Below the pieces are notes generated by a model. That model was not told where the DNA came from. It saw nothing but the letters and a program-made list of their open reading frames with translations, and did not search any database. A DNA stretch of 64,000 bases from Paraphysomonas bandaiensis (taxonomy: Eukaryota > Protista > Chrysophyceae), in the NCBI GenBank assembly GCA_965644295.1, contig CBFFRP010000236.1:62001-126000 (forward strand). The letters are read 5' to 3'. Positions 14,001 to 29,300 of the stretch are shown one piece after another. A program made the position numbers and the translations under genes. The number at the start of each line of letters is the position of its first letter. Position 1 is the stretch's first letter.

Positions 14001-16423
14001 GACTGTGTAGGAGATATTTTTCTTGAACTTCACAGTCACACGTTGGTGAGATCATCTACCTATCAACGTGCTGTCGTTGCCGCTGCTGAAGACTCTAACA
14101 GTGGAAGCATTGTGTATGATATATGCCATATCTACAACACGTATGGGAAGTTTAGTGATGAGATGTTTAGCATGCGATGGTTGGGGATTTCTGCTGCTGT
14201 AGATATTTTTCGGTACCTTTCATTGGGTAGTAAAGCGATTCACACAAGTCCAGTGGTCAAATATATTTCTTATGAAGTGACTGACCGTCTTCTGAATGAT
14301 GCAGCTGATTGCATGGCTTTATGCTCTAATGAGTCTATCAGTCATATATTATGCTGCTGCAAACTGCTTGTTCAACATTTGTCCGCACTGCAGGTATGCG
14401 AGGAGAAAACTCTTGATGTTACGCGTTGCATGCAGTCCTTGTTGTCATCTGCTTGGACTTCATGCACGAGTGAAGATGGAATCAACTATAGAATCGTCAA
14501 GCTTTTCATTCAATTATGCTTTGATTCAACAACATTGCGACTGCTTGACGATGAAACGAAGCAGGTGACTGTTCTGTTTTTTATACACTTGATACAAGTT
14601 GTAACCACTATATTCTTTGTGTCAGAAATATTTTTGTGCTGCATTGGACTTGGGGTCCAAGACGAAGCCATATGTTGTTCAATTTATGTGCTATAGATTA
14701 CTAAGTGAGTGCTCAGTTGACTGCACCATATCGTTTCCATTCTTCAAGTTTTTCGCGAATCTGTTGATATATCGAGAACCCATATGTGATGATCACAACC
14801 AAAGTGACGAGTACAAAGATTGTGAAGGAGATTGTTCCGAGTATTCGAACTCTCTTTTCTCTGTGACCGAGTACAGCAGAGTTGCAGGAATCGATCGATA
14901 TACCTCGTCGATATCTGTGCGTATTATGCTCTTACAATTCATTGAAGAGAGTTTTACTGTTGAAAATGAAATGTTTAAAACATATGTGAGGGATTTAATT
15001 CGTAAGTTGGTTGCCATGAATAGACAGAAAAGTTTTGTCAAACAGGCTATGGTTGGGAGTGAAAAGTTTGGAGAGAAATTACGGTGTTGGCAAGCTCTTT
15101 GTGTCTTGTCCAAATATATTACAGATGACCTGATCACTGATATTGTAGACCAGTGTATAGCTACACTGGCAGACCCGAGCGCACACGCAATTAGAGTTCA
15201 TGTTGAGATCTTCGTTGCAGCAATGGCGCAACGTTTTCCTAAAATTTTGCTACCAAAGATATTGGCGTTACTAGAAGATTTTAATCACTCTCAGCAGGCG
15301 TTGTCGTCGTACTTTATTGTTCTAGGGCACTTATGCGAAAGTGGTCAAGATGACTCTTTGGCGGAGTGGGAAGAGGTTATTGTGGATGTTTTAATGCCTT
15401 GGCTGACGTGTGCAGCAGGTTTGATTAAAAGTATATAATTAGCCACCTTTAAAGTGTATTTCAGGACTATCGAGAGCTATCGCACAACTTGTCGGTTACA
15501 ATCTACTACCACGAGTTATATCGAAGCGCTCTGATTCCACTACACCTAGACTCTACTCTGAAGTGTTAAGATTTTTGAATGAAAATAAGGAAGCGGTCAG
15601 GCTACGACAGAAACAAATCTTTTTCTTCAGGACGTATGATGTACCCACAAAGTGTACAGTGAAAGGACTAATGGCCATCAAATTTGACAACTGGGGAGAG
15701 CATATTCCTGACCATGTACTGACATTACTCCTCAATGCAGTAAGGAGACACTTGTTGAGTGACGAACACGACACCGTTGGTGCTGCCACCCCACTGGTAA
15801 TTCCGAACACTATTGCTCGTGTCAGTGAGAGACATGAATCAGAGTACCTCCAGACTAAAATAACCCCTTTTGACGACTTGCAGCTCACCATTGAAGCCAG
15901 TATGCTCACGAGACAAAGGAACGCCGTGGACAGGAAACGCCAGGATATGATTGTATGTGCAAGTATGATAGACAAGGTGACTAACCTTGCTGGCATTGCT
16001 CGAACATGTGAAATATTTGCAGTAAAGGAACTTGTGGTCTCAGACTTAAGTGTTGTGAAACAATTTGAGTTTCAAAGCATATCTGTTTCTGCCTCATCTT
16101 GGCTTCCCATGCGGGAGGTAAAATATGACACCAGCAACAGCGATGAGTTGATTCGCTATCTTCGGGAGATGAAATTGAGTGGTTATCATATAGTCGGCAT
16201 TGAGCAAACGGGAAATAGTATGCCTCTTATGAATGAGACTTGGATACAGGCGAAGTGCGTACTCGTGCTAGGAATGGAGAAATTGGGAATACCTTTAGAC
16301 ATCTTACAAGAGACAGATATTTGCGTAGAAATTCCTCAGTTGGGTGTTACCAGGTCGCTGAACGTACATGTTAGTGCTGCACTGGCTATCTGGGAGGTTA
16401 CTAGAAAACATTTGAAGTGCTAG
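11074..16423 (+). CDS. TARBP1: tRNA (guanosine-18-2'-O)-methyltransferase, Trm3/TARBP1 family (~1,700 aa)
   Basis: Six exons; introns 12088-12130, 12866-12915, 13505-13551, 14565-14625 and 15419-15464 all restore frame. C-terminal SpoU/SPOUT motifs NLAGIARTCEIF, LVLGMEKLGIP and EIPQLGVTRSLNVHVSAA follow a long helical N-terminus, as in Trm3/TARBP1. Confidence 0.93.
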
Positions 16424-16805
16424 TTGATAATGTAAGCAAGGTCGAGGCGTGCATTGAAATGATGTTTCAAGAATTCGAAATTGTGAAGGGTAGGTCTAAA
16501 ACAGTTTTTAAACCCTAGCTTAAGGCATACCAACAATGTTCCAGCGGGAAATTAATGCGTCAAATTATAAATGTGCAGTGTACACTAGGTCTTCTAAAGC
16601 TATTAATAACGCTATTATAATGAAACTTTGCTATCATAAATAGAAATAGATACAAGATGACGTACGAACAAATCTAGTAGCCAACAAAGACAAAATATAA
16701 CTATTTCTCTAAATGAGTTCTAGTGTTCTCTTTTTAGTGCATCAAAGTTTACTCATTTAATACTGTAATGAATAATATCTTTAGGTTAAATACACTAGCA
16801 CTGTG

Positions 16806-17057
16806 TAGTGAATGTCTGATTACTAGCAGTAGGCGTGTAAGAGTCAGAACTAGTGTAACAAAACAATTTAACTAAGTAGTGCTTAACTCTGATATCCTAT
16901 TTAGCTCTACGAAAGCTGCTTGTGTGTCAAGCATCCGGGAATGGGCCCACCTCAAAGACATCCGGGGTATTGGGCTCCTGCTGAGGTCAAGCACCCGGGC
17001 TAGTTCACCTTAAGGACAGAGAGCGAAATTATTTAGCTCGAAGGATATCATTCACTA
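16806..17057. repeat. Dispersed non-coding repeat, copy 1 (module A 16806-16918, module B 16931-17028); possible non-autonomous element
   Basis: Shares TAGTGAATGTCTGATTA(C/T)TAGC and TAGTGCTTAACTCTGATA...CTACGAAAGCT with 44189-44266. Module B matches the reverse complement of 44438-44543. Bounded by TAGTGAATG ... CATTCACTA. Confidence 0.8.
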
Positions 17058-17306
17058 GTTTATATGATTTGACTCCCACAACGAGGAAACTCACTACAAA
17101 TTACGGAAAGGAGAAGTAAGGACTCGACAGAAAAATTTTTTTACTCGGTAAACTGGTTGTTATATATTCTACATGGATATATCATATTGTTATTACACAA
17201 AGCCTAAGACGCTACACCGATTTACATTCTTGCTACACTTAGTGCAAATCAAACAACTACAATAATCATACTCATAATACGTGGCCACATTTAAACTATA
17301 TGGGAA

Positions 17307-20300
17307 TTATTTCTTCCTCATTTTACTCTTATTTCCACTACTTCTAAAGTTATCACTCAGTGCTGGTGTTCCACTCTTTCCACTAGCGATACTCCCACCT
17401 TTACCAGCTTTCTTCTGTAGCTTAGCGCGTGCAGTTCGCATCCACTTGACAGCAATAGCCTTCGTCGCGGGGGTGAGTTTCGCCATCTGATTAACCCAAT
17501 CCTTTGGCGTTTCATCTGCCTCGTCGTCACTGACAACTTTCTTTTCTTGTTTCTCCTTCTTCTTGCGACTCTTCTTGAGAGCTCGCTGCTGCTGGGCTTT
17601 ACGATACCAGTTGAGAAGAATCGCTTTTGATGCAGCTGAGAGGAAAACAGGCCCCCAATCCGGGTACTCCTCTACTTCATCGTCAAGATTGGCCAATTCT
17701 GGACGTCCTTGTCTCGCCGCTTCCCTGCGCTTATCCTTTCGTTGCGCGATACAGGCCATGCAGATCGTGTGGTAATGTTGGTTACGCATCCAAAACGTCT
17801 TCCATTGAACCTGGTCAATCTCGACGTCTGAGGGAAACATATTTTCATACATCTTGATCATTTGGTCGATATCAACCTCATATTCAACCTGAAAAATACA
17901 CGTAAACACTATTTATATACTTAACATATGAATAGCGTGAATACCTGAAGTTGCTTTCGCGAAAGACACTGTTCACATTCCGCTCCACGGGCCCTTCGGA
18001 TGAGTGGCTCAACAATATGCTTGAGTCGAAGTCGTCTGCGCGCCTTGTCTAGCCAGAAACGAATGATGTTTCTAGATTGGGCCTGAAGAGCGACAGGACC
18101 AAACCTCTTCTCTCGCTCTGCGTCACTGTCATCGGAGATATCATCTCGACGAGAGTTGATTATGCGTGCGAATTGGTTAATCAGATATGGCCTTGATCTG
18201 CGAAGGGTCCTGGGAGTTAGAAGCTGTGGTAACTGTTGGATAAGCCACGCACGGTTATAATTCAAGAACTTATAACGGAAAGTTTCACTCGTAATGCGTT
18301 GGTTCATTAGGTAGGCATCGTGAGAAGCCCCTTTCACATCCTCCCAACCTGGTACATCAAGGTCATCATCATCTTCAATTTGTAAGTGCCAAGCTGTGTT
18401 TTCATGCTTGATTTTCCATAATTTGATCTTCATCACGAACCACATCGTGAATCTTTCCAATACGATATAGCAAGCAATAAGGTAGAGAACAATGATAATA
18501 AGAGCCGTGTCCGCAAAAGCATTGTATTCAGCCCTAAGCATCATCTCAATACCTAACACCACATACAGAATACCATTACAATGAATGGTGAGCATGAGAT
18601 AGAACTGGGAAGAAAAGCACATCTGGTCCAAAGTACGCATTGTTTCGTCAATACATTCATCAAGCGAGGTTTCCATTCCCTTCCACCGAGTTTCTCTCTG
18701 CAGAAATCTATACCGGGTATAAACGAGGTACTCATATATCTTCCACCCATGAAATAACTCCAATACAGAGTGCAGGAGAATATCCGCAATGGTCATGAAA
18801 AAGATAATTACTAAAGAAAAATACAGATAGTAGAGCATATCTTGCTCAGCAATACCGTACAATTCAGGCAGCACCAGCTCAGTTCTGAATTGCATGAGCA
18901 ACCATATCAAAAAGGGAGTATAAAATATGGCCATAGTATCTTGGCAAACAGACGAGTACGAGTCAAGAATGGGCTCCACAGTTTCGGCATCATCGTCCCC
19001 GATATCGTCATCGACATCTCTCTTTCTATAATCTAACTCTTTCTTCTCTTTATCCTTCTTTTTCTTCCATAGGTACGACGGAATCATAGCCTTTATCGTC
19101 TTGATCAACCACTCCATTGTCTCTCCAAACCATTCAAGGAACTGTTCGAGGTAGGGCTCAACATACACCCTCTCCAACACAAGCAGCGCCAACTCCACAA
19201 AATATGACAGCAAAAAATCCACAAAATCATCAGCTCCTAGTGTGACTAAGCCTTGAATAATGACAAGAGACGTTTGAACAGGAGTTGATAACAGAGCTTC
19301 TTTCAGCTGGTGATCGACTAACGCATCAATAAACTTTGCAAATACTTTGAGCATAAAAATAATATACCACAAATAAGTGCCGAAATCTCCCCAGAAAGAA
19401 AATTCTACAATAAATACCAAAAACACTCCCATCATCAAGGAAGCGAACATTAAATTACTTCGTTTCCAAAGCGTGGGAGCCCAAATCGATTCCTTTTCTG
19501 CCATTTTATCTCGTTTTAAAGCCAATTCGTTCTCGCGTTTTGATACTTTCTTTGGGAGGAAAATTTTCGTACCGACGAAGCAACACATGAATGCAATGAT
19601 GACGAATGCAAGCCCAAGACGTCCACTTCGTGCCCGCTCCTGTTCTTCAGGATCTAAACGCCCGCCGATGCTGACATACTCCAGCTGATATTCATCGAGA
19701 ATCCAGCCACCAACTTCAGCAGCGGGGTCCGTTAATCGATCTCCACTGATAAGGTAGTAAGCTAAGCCCGTAAGTATTACAACTGGTATTAACGCTAGTG
19801 TTACCCCAGCAGCAGGAGGGGGAGCAACCAAAGTAAACATACTATATATCTTTAATTCTGGTGGATTTTGTAGACTCGTTGTTAGCCGAACCACCACCCA
19901 GTAGAGACCAACCATCACAACTGTTACTCCGCCAATAAATATGAAAAGAATGATAAAAATTTCCACATCAAAAGCGAAATATATGAGGAGATCGAAGTAA
20001 CCAAGAGGGTAATACAGCACATCAACATCGTAGTGAGTGTCTTCCGTGTTTGTATCAAATTCATCGAAAACTAAATTGATATATATCAAACGTTTCTCAA
20101 GTACATCGTACTGGTAGTAACCGATATCGAGAGTCATCGATCTAGGAAAGCAACCCAAACTACAACCACCTGGGAAATCGTTGGCGGCCTCTCTGTCAAC
20201 AACAACGCCCTTGAACAAATCTGAGCTGATCGCGGAAATTGCATCAATAGCGTCAGTTCCTCCTGCATCATTTTCACTAATTCGAGGACCTGAGCGACCA

Positions 20301-23300
20301 GCGAATTGGCCATACGTAATTGGTTCTCGAATAACGGAAAACAATTCATCTCCAGAGGAAGCTTCAAACCAGCGTGGAACAACATCCAGCGTGTCCAGAA
20401 CTTCTTCATAATTGCATGTCAAACTCCTTTCACACCAATCTGCTACAGGATCTTGAAAAAAATCCCATGGTCCAACTACCTTGACATGATCCTGATTCGG
20501 CAATGGGTCATATGCAAACCGGGGCCAGTCCTCACCAACTGACTCCTCATCCGGCAAAGAACACTCTTTACCTTCAAACAATAGCCACAATGGAATATAT
20601 GAATCAAATTGACGGCAGTTGGAGAAGAAAAGTAGATAAGGTACCAGTATCTGTGTAAACGTTTCGTCATAGCTTCCACCAGAGTACTGCATTCCATGGA
20701 ATGTTTCAAAATGCGCGTCGTATATTTCCTTGGATTCGTCTGCAGTTGATGCAGGTGAGTCCCAAAAATTAGACCCAATGGAGATATCAGCGTAGTCATC
20801 AAGTACATCAGGAACATCAACAGCATCGTTGGAGCTGTTGTAAGATATCAAAGCACGCCCAAGTTTGTAATCTTCACCACGGGGCGGTAGATTCAGAGGA
20901 TATGATATGCTGTCAGCATTATCTCGCGAGTAGGCCACAGCGAAAAAATACTGCTTCGTAACAACTCTCTCTTCGTAGGACACATAAGGTGATAGTGTTC
21001 GGGTAGTGGGGCCCTTTACGCCATCCACAATTCTCGCTCTACTGGGAGATGCAATGCGAACTGTCGTCGTGTTCTTCAAAAAAGGGGCATAAGGAGCATA
21101 GAGTCCCACCATTATATGAATCTCAAACTTGAATATTATATCTTCGAGAGCATACACAGTAATATTGTTCGCAGTATTTTTTGGAACTTCTTCGTTCATG
21201 AACCAACTTGAAAATTCTGCTGGTAGCTTGCAAGGAGTATTTTCTTGTGGAGTCAAACGAACACGATTAGAGTTGCATACCTCTTCCGTGCAACGACTGG
21301 GGGTAATGAACAAAGCGAAGCGATAATGCTCTCCATACACCATGTCTTCTGGAAGGTGCTTGAGGTCTGTATGAATATGAGCGACATCTTGTGCCCGAAG
21401 TAAAAACCACCCCTGCTCTCGTTCTCTTTTTGACTCCTCACTATATCTCGCAAGTGTACAGTAATCTTTCTCCATATCGTATATACCAGAGTCGCGAGGA
21501 AAGTACTCCTTCATGATAAACGTGTACACGGCGGCAGTGGGAGGGGTGTACCAGTCCACGTAATTAATTGACCTCTTATCAGGAGGCAAAACTGTGGCAT
21601 TTATAGTTGTACCTTGCAGATCATCTCCAGTGCTGTAACGAAATCCATCGTTCGATACTTCAACCATCACTTGATGCGTGAAGCATGGGTTGTACATATA
21701 CCCGGGCTCCGGTATATTGGAGCAATAGCCTTCTGTTTCTTCTGTGTACGTACATTTCACAACAAGGTCTTGGTAAAAGTTCTCACCAATTTCGGGTAAA
21801 TCTAGGCAGTTCTCATCAATCTCATCGCATTTACGTACATATGACAGATTCCCCAAATGTGGAGTGGAGTAGCTGACAGTTTCACCATCTTCATTAATAA
21901 ACTTACAAAAGTCTCTCATATATTCCGTCACTTCCTCAATAGGTTCAAATACAAATTTTGGAACAGTACACTCCATTCGAGTCGGGCTTATCCAATTTGC
22001 AAGAGTTACCACTGTTTCTTCCCCCACCTCTCCAAATATAGGCAAGTCTTCACCGTCAGGGGATAAGCCTCTGTTTTTGCATTGTCGTGGGAGAGCACCG
22101 AGATCTGCAGAAAAGCATTTTCTCCATCGGCAATAATTATTCCCATTATTCAAAAAATTTCTGCCAATAACAGTGACAATATTGTCGACAGTCGTGTCGG
22201 CGTTACCGTAAGATGGGCAAGTTCTAAAGGCTTCGACAGTATCATTCACCCACGGTGCCGATGATGCAGACTCATTAATGGAATAAACTTTTTCTACAAC
22301 AACAACTTCACCAGTCGGATTCAATGCTGTGGTAGATGAATCGAATTTCACAGTTTCACTTCCATCTAAAAGAGTATATTCGAAGCTAGGATAGTATGTC
22401 AAATCTTGCATAGGATAGCGAAGATCATATGCGGCCTTGTCACATACGTCTACATCGGATATTCGACAGTCAAGAAGCTCATTAACACCACTGAGCGATG
22501 TTGTCACCCTTGGACATTTCACTTCTTGGCCAGCTGCAGTGGATGTCCCGGCAGGGCAGTAGTATCCAACGCCACATTTCGCACGAAGTGAAAGTGCTGT
22601 AGACGTACCGCGCACACAATAAAACCCTTCTGAGCACACGCTATCGTATTGTTCACTTGGGATCGTCTCTGCTGTGGTATGGTACCCGGCAGGAGCACGG
22701 TGCGAGAATTGTCTTGTTCGGTCAGTACCGTACCCACATATATATCCCGCGGGACATACTGTGCTTTGTGAAAGCGAATAAATTCCTTGAATGCCGCACA
22801 CTCGCCCCTCTGGGCACGGAAGACACATCGATATGTCAACTGCACCGACTTCGTCTGAATAAGTACCTGTGATACACAGCCGACAGGTGACAGAGTCAAC
22901 AAGAGATCGGAATGTTCCAACTCCGCATATCGATGGCACATAAGTCCCGTAACTCTGACACGAGTGACCAGCTGGACAAGGTAAGCAGTCCACTTGGGCT
23001 TTCAGAGGGGCATACGTACCAGGAAAACATAGAGTGGGTGCTACAGACCCTTCTTCAGAAGCGAAATTACCAATAGGAGTTTCAATAGGAAAATCCAAAT
23101 CAGGGGGACAATAATGCCCACGGAAACATTGTCCCGACCCAGATGGCTCGTAGGCACCTGATTTACAATACGTACCCTCTGAACAAGCTTGTGGTGTCTG
23201 AGCACCCCATGGCGATGTCGGAATCCATGGCACCTTAGTTGTTCGGGATACGCCTCCTAGACAAAAAGTACCAGCGGCACATGGTTCAGGCTTGTTATCG

Positions 23301-26300
23301 GTTGGATCAGCTGGGTCTAGGGTTAGAGTTCCATCGCGGCATATGTAACCCGCAGGACAAAGTACAACAGGGTACGACAAACCGAGAGCGCTGCACACAA
23401 AACCAGCCGGACATAATTCAGGAAGTAGCGAACCCCATCCTGGACACACATGACCAGTAGGGCACACAGTACAGTTGCTCCTTCCCTCAGAGGGGTTGAA
23501 AGTTCCGGGATAGCATTCAATAGGACCGCGATTTCCCACACCAGGACAGTAGTGACCCCTTGGACAGATGATTGCATCAAGCTGCGTAGGACAAAAATAC
23601 CCTGTGGGACAAGGACCCTGGCCTTCAGGATTTATCGAACCTCTAGAACAGAAAAAACCATCGAAACAACGCTGAGGAGTACTAAAATTCTTAGGAATAG
23701 GAAACTGTGCACCTACACCTGCCCTGCAGTAGTGACCAATAGGACAAGGGAACGGAGCTTCTGCAATAACTTCCAGTGACCCAGGGGTACATACCATTCC
23801 ATCGCAATGAGGTTCCGGAGGGTGATTAGGACGAGATTTGCCTACCGCAGGAAACTCCCATGGAGTGTATGACCAGTCCACAGCAGAGGCATTGAACTTC
23901 ACCACTCCTGTGACATACTCCTCCGACCACAGCTCGGAGTCGTATCCACGCGAATTATTCAAGAAATCGCTGGCGGAGCTTGCTTTCGTTCCATTTAAGC
24001 AATAGTGACCCATTGGACAATTCTTCCCGGAGGCTCGAAGACCCTGAGTATCGCAAATTTGCCCGGGTGGGCATACCACAGGCCGAGTCATGCCATGATC
24101 TGGGCAAATATAACCAACAGGACAATTCGCGCAGTTTACTTGTCCTTCTTTAGGTTGGAATGATCCAGGAGGACAAAGTGTAAAATTTCGAGAGTTGATT
24201 GGACAGTAGGTGCCATTCGGACACAGCTGTCGAGTCATTCCTGGACAGAACCAACCTTCATCACAAGGTTCACTGTAATCAAATTCAATATAACTCTCTG
24301 AATAATCAACTCCATTTACAGTGACTTCCACATATACAGATTTACTACTAAGTTCTGAGCGACCAAGCGGGGACGGGGCAAGACATACAATTGAGGTATT
24401 GCTGAGAAAAATCCCTCTGCTCTCCATATCTCCAAACCTGCATCCTAAGAACGTAGTGTTGATAAAATTGCTACCAAAGACAAAGACAGGAAATCCGCCA
24501 GAGGTGTATCCAAATTCTGGTGTAATTTTATCCACGGAAACGTCTGGCGTGAATACAAATTCAAGGAAATTATCTTCTGCATGCAACCTTGTGCCTTCAG
24601 CCACTACCGTGATATTCACTCGTCCAGGGCGGTGCGACGGCATACGACATCTAATCATATTCTCCGATAAAACGATAGCAGGAACAGAATGATAGTCCTC
24701 TCCAAGCACACAATATATATCAGTAACCTCCGGAAATCCAGATCCATGAATAGTTAACATCGTATTTCCACGCAATGCAGGCCCATTCACTGGAGACAAG
24801 GAATCTAATACGGCTTGCTGTAGATTGTCAAAAGTTAGCCCTGATCTAACGAATTGTTGACCATTGGTCCTTAAGGTGACGCTGTAGACTCCGGAGGGCA
24901 TGTGTGGGACAGTGCAAGTTACAACAGTATCTGATATCACGCTGGCATCCACTAAAACATCACCGAAAGAGCACTCCAGCTTAGGATTTCGGTTGAAACC
25001 CTTGCCCACTATTTGTACGAGTGTACCCACAGTTCCATAGTGAGGCTGACAATCGAACAAGAGTGGATCCTCGATGTATTCAAATTTGGACATTCCAGGT
25101 ATGAACTCACCGTCATCAGTTGCCAGTCTAACATGTACCTTTCCCGAGTACGAATTTGGCGGAGTAATACATTTGACTGATTGTGGAGAAACAATAGAAG
25201 CAAACACCCAATCTTCGCCAATCATACACAACAAGCTCTTTTCAATAGTATCAAAACTACTTCCAAATATGGTAACCACAGTACCGCCTCTCCGCGGTCC
25301 CCACTCAGGGTATATACCACCCGCAGCAACTGCATCCATATGTGGAGTAGTCGAAACAAACAGCAACTCCATAGAGTCTGACATTAACCCTGAACTCGGG
25401 TCTGCAACAATAATATTTACATAGCCCGGAACGTGTACAGGGGTGGTGCATTGAATCTCGGACTCAGATACATAGTTACTGGATAGCACGAAGGAGTTGT
25501 CCATTAAACAGTACGTCCCGAGTACAAATCCAGTGCCAAATAATCGAATAACTTCAGGGCGTGTGGAGCCCACTGTAGATGGAGACATTCGGTATATAAC
25601 TGGCCGAAGATCATCCGCATCACGTAGGTCATCTGCATTGTCCACAATAGAAAGAAGTTGATACTCGAAGCTATAGCCGATGGAGAAAAAGTTTACGCCA
25701 TTAACAGATAACTCAATAGGATATTCAGACGCAGGAGCGGCTCTTGTAATACACTTCACATTGCGGCTGCTATCACGCTCACTCAAAAAAAACTGACTAC
25801 CGATTCTGCAATATACCTTTATCGCTATATCTATCGGGTTAGACAAAACTATTGTCACCACTGTCCCACCAGTCAGTGGCCCAACAACAGGACTAACCGA
25901 TAGTATAGAGGGCAAAGGAACAAAAGAAAATGAGAATGATGAATATTCACACACGCCATCAGGTCCAGAAACACCAACAGATGCCCTACGAGTCGTGTTG
26001 TTTTCCACCATTGGAGATAAACACTCCCACTGATTCGGGCCCACCACGACGGCTTGAGACAAAAACGGATCTTGATCATCGTTCATGTCGAAACAGCATT
26101 TTGCGTAGGGGTAATCGGATATAGGAGAAATTGTTTGAATGACAACAGTAGATTGTTGAAGAGAAAAACCAATTTGGGGGGTGACTCTACTTATCGTTAT
26201 GGAAGTCCGGGCGTGAATGTTGACTGAGTAGAATTTAACGGAGTGAAAACTGACCGATAATTCGTGATTTCCAGCTGGCAGACCAATATCAGGTACAAAG

Positions 26301-29300
26301 CATTCCATCATCGACCCTTGAGTTTTAGTCATTACCCGAGAGTTTCCTACTGTACATTCAACAAAAGCATAATCTTCTGGAAGTATTGCATCGCTGAGAA
26401 TAATCATGAATGTCACCGGGACATTCGAGGGAACAGTGACGGGGTCTACAAATAATACTGATGGCGGCCTCACAACAGTAAGCTGAACAGGTGCTGACAC
26501 TACTGCACCATTGGCGGTAATACATAAATCTGTAACATCATAACTCAACGGTGGAGACACACACAACAGAGTTGTCGCATTAATAGGAGCCGCTCCCACG
26601 AGTACATCTGTAAACTTACACTGATATTGATACATATTATCCATGTGAGCAACGCTAACTTGAACCTCAGATCCACCCAATGAAAACACAGAATGTACAC
26701 TAACTGCGGATACTGCCAAGGGAGGAGTGAATTCAAAATTGAAATTAGATTTGCTGATGACATGTTCTGATCGGCGAATATTGAGAGGGACGATACCAGG
26801 AGGGGAGGTTGGACTGACACAGGTTAATTTCGATTGCGATATGAACACTGCTGGCACTACAATATCCCCAAACGCACATTCCAAACTAGCATCATCAGCA
26901 AACCCTGTGCCTATCACAGTGACCAAAGTCCCCCCCAATGTAGTTGCAGACTGCGGATATCGCCCAGAGATTGCTGCAGTTCTCAATAACTTAATTGTTC
27001 TCGTGAAGAACGGCGAGTCAGCAGAACCACGACTGAAGAGTGATACAACACTACTCTCTAAATGGTGACTTGACTGCGCAGGCATCACACACACAACCTC
27101 ACATAACATCCCGGTGCTATCATTGTATCGATCGTACTCAGATATTGGGACTCGCTCAACTCCATCTTGCATACACATCGTTCCAGAAGGGAGCGCACAG
27201 TCATGCGAACGGAATGAAATCGCAGTATCCCGAAAGTTCAATAGCGCACTGGTGTTAGCTACGACATCTTCCGGGCCATTAGTTACAATAATTTGCCCAT
27301 ATACTGGGTCAAATTTATTCAAGGAATATGCGTGGGCAAGTGCAATATCAAACGCCCCTGCCACCAACGGTTGCACATTGCATATTCCAACATACGTCGA
27401 CAACTGTCGCAAAGAATATCTCACATTGTCTAGTATGCAATCCATATCCTGCGGAACACCTCCAGATGTACTGAAAGAAACAAGCAGCGGCGTTAACTGC
27501 CCGGCTTGTATTCGCATGGGATGTATCGTTGATACCGAGGGTTCAGCCAGTACATTCAGCACTTCAGGCCCAAATATAGTGTGTCCAAGCTGACTTAAGG
27601 TTAACCATGATTGACCAATCGGCATGGCGGGCACACTACACGTTACGTGATTCTCATCTACATACATTATATGTGAAGTAAAGGAAACACTATCGTCACC
27701 CAATGACTTAAAATTGCAGAGGAGGCTGTCTACAGAGTGCAGAGCATATAACTTAAAGTGTGCAATGGCTCCTCCACCCATGTACGTCGCTGGAACATCG
27801 AATGACAGCACTTTAGACGAACTCACGACTTTCACAACAGCAAAGCCGCTAACATAATGAACACCATTGGAAGAAACATCAAAAAACAATTCCACATCTT
27901 TTATCCCAGGTATAACTTCACACTCAAGCAAAGATCTGTGTCTGATAAAATGACAGTGCGCATCACGCACCTCACCAGTAGATTTTCGAAACCTGCCCAC
28001 AGTCCCGTCGTCGAATCCAATGCCATGTACGTTGATCGTGGATCTATGCGAGGCTAAAACGACCGACGGGGTGACTCCCCTGCTGGAAGGAATCTCAACA
28101 TATTCAAAATCAATGCTCTCCACAACTCCCTCATCAATAACTACATCCAGCTTATGTACTCCAGCTTGCAATGCAGGAGAAATACAGACATATTCGCCAG
28201 AGGCAGTGCGAGCAGCTCTCACAATAGATGAACCAAAGACACAATGGAATAACTGAACAGGGACCGACTCTAGTAAAGCAATAGAAATCATAGTACCACC
28301 ACTGGTGTATCCTCGACGTGGAGAAATCGAACTCACTACATGTCGAGATGTTACCGCAATTGAAACAGAGCTACTCGAGACATCCACACCATTGTTAGTT
28401 ATCTGAATTTTCAGCGTTTGAGCTTTGGTTGTCAAAGCAGAAGGAATCTCGCAGGACACCATATTTTGTGAGTGCCACCTTGCAGACAAATACTCCCACT
28501 CATTGACAACACATCCCAAAAATTTGGAGTCCTTGAAATTGGCGCCCTGTAAAAATATTTGCACGGAAGCAATCTCGTTTCCTTTTCCGAGACCCTGCAT
28601 AATCCTTTCCGGTAGAGCTTTGACAACTTCTGGTGATCGTTCATACGAGTAAACGGTGGTTGCCAAGGTTATTGCCGATTGTGTATCATCGAGGGCAATC
28701 TGCTCAACTGAAAGAAGAAATCGACCGGGATTCGAAGGCGGCGATAAGCAGGTCATCGCTACCATATTGCTGGATTCGTTCACTGATATGTCAATGCTAG
28801 GGGACTTGAGGCCATTGAACTTACATACTAAATTCGAGACTGACAGAACGGATAGGATAGGGAGTCGGACACTTACTGGAGTACCACCCTGAACGCTACC
28901 AAATGTGGGTGTCACACTAAAACTGTCCACAACATACTCAGCAAGTGTGAATTCAAACGGATCCGACCATCTTTCAACTTCCGATCCTAACGACAGAGAA
29001 GCGCGCAACAAGCCGGAGGAGAAATATGATACACACGTCACTAAAGTATCAGTGGATATATGGGCAGCAACGACTTCATCACCTATATGACAGTATAGCT
29101 TTGCTGAATCTCTTATAGCGCTCACATCAGCGACACGAATTCGTATCAGCACATCTCCAGGATGACTAATGCTTGTTGTAGATATATTTTGGATTTTCAG
29201 CATACTCACGTATGCGAATTCCCCGCACAACCATGAGTCCCCACTACTTGAGTTCACAACAAGGGTTGTAACTGAAGGTGGTTTCGGTGGGGAGTAGCAC

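Noticed and set aside
16877-16916. Possible hammerhead ribozyme (CTGA...CGAAA) in repeat module A
   Set aside because: The core reads CTGATAT/CTGATAC rather than CUGANGA in both copies, and no convincing stems I-III were found.
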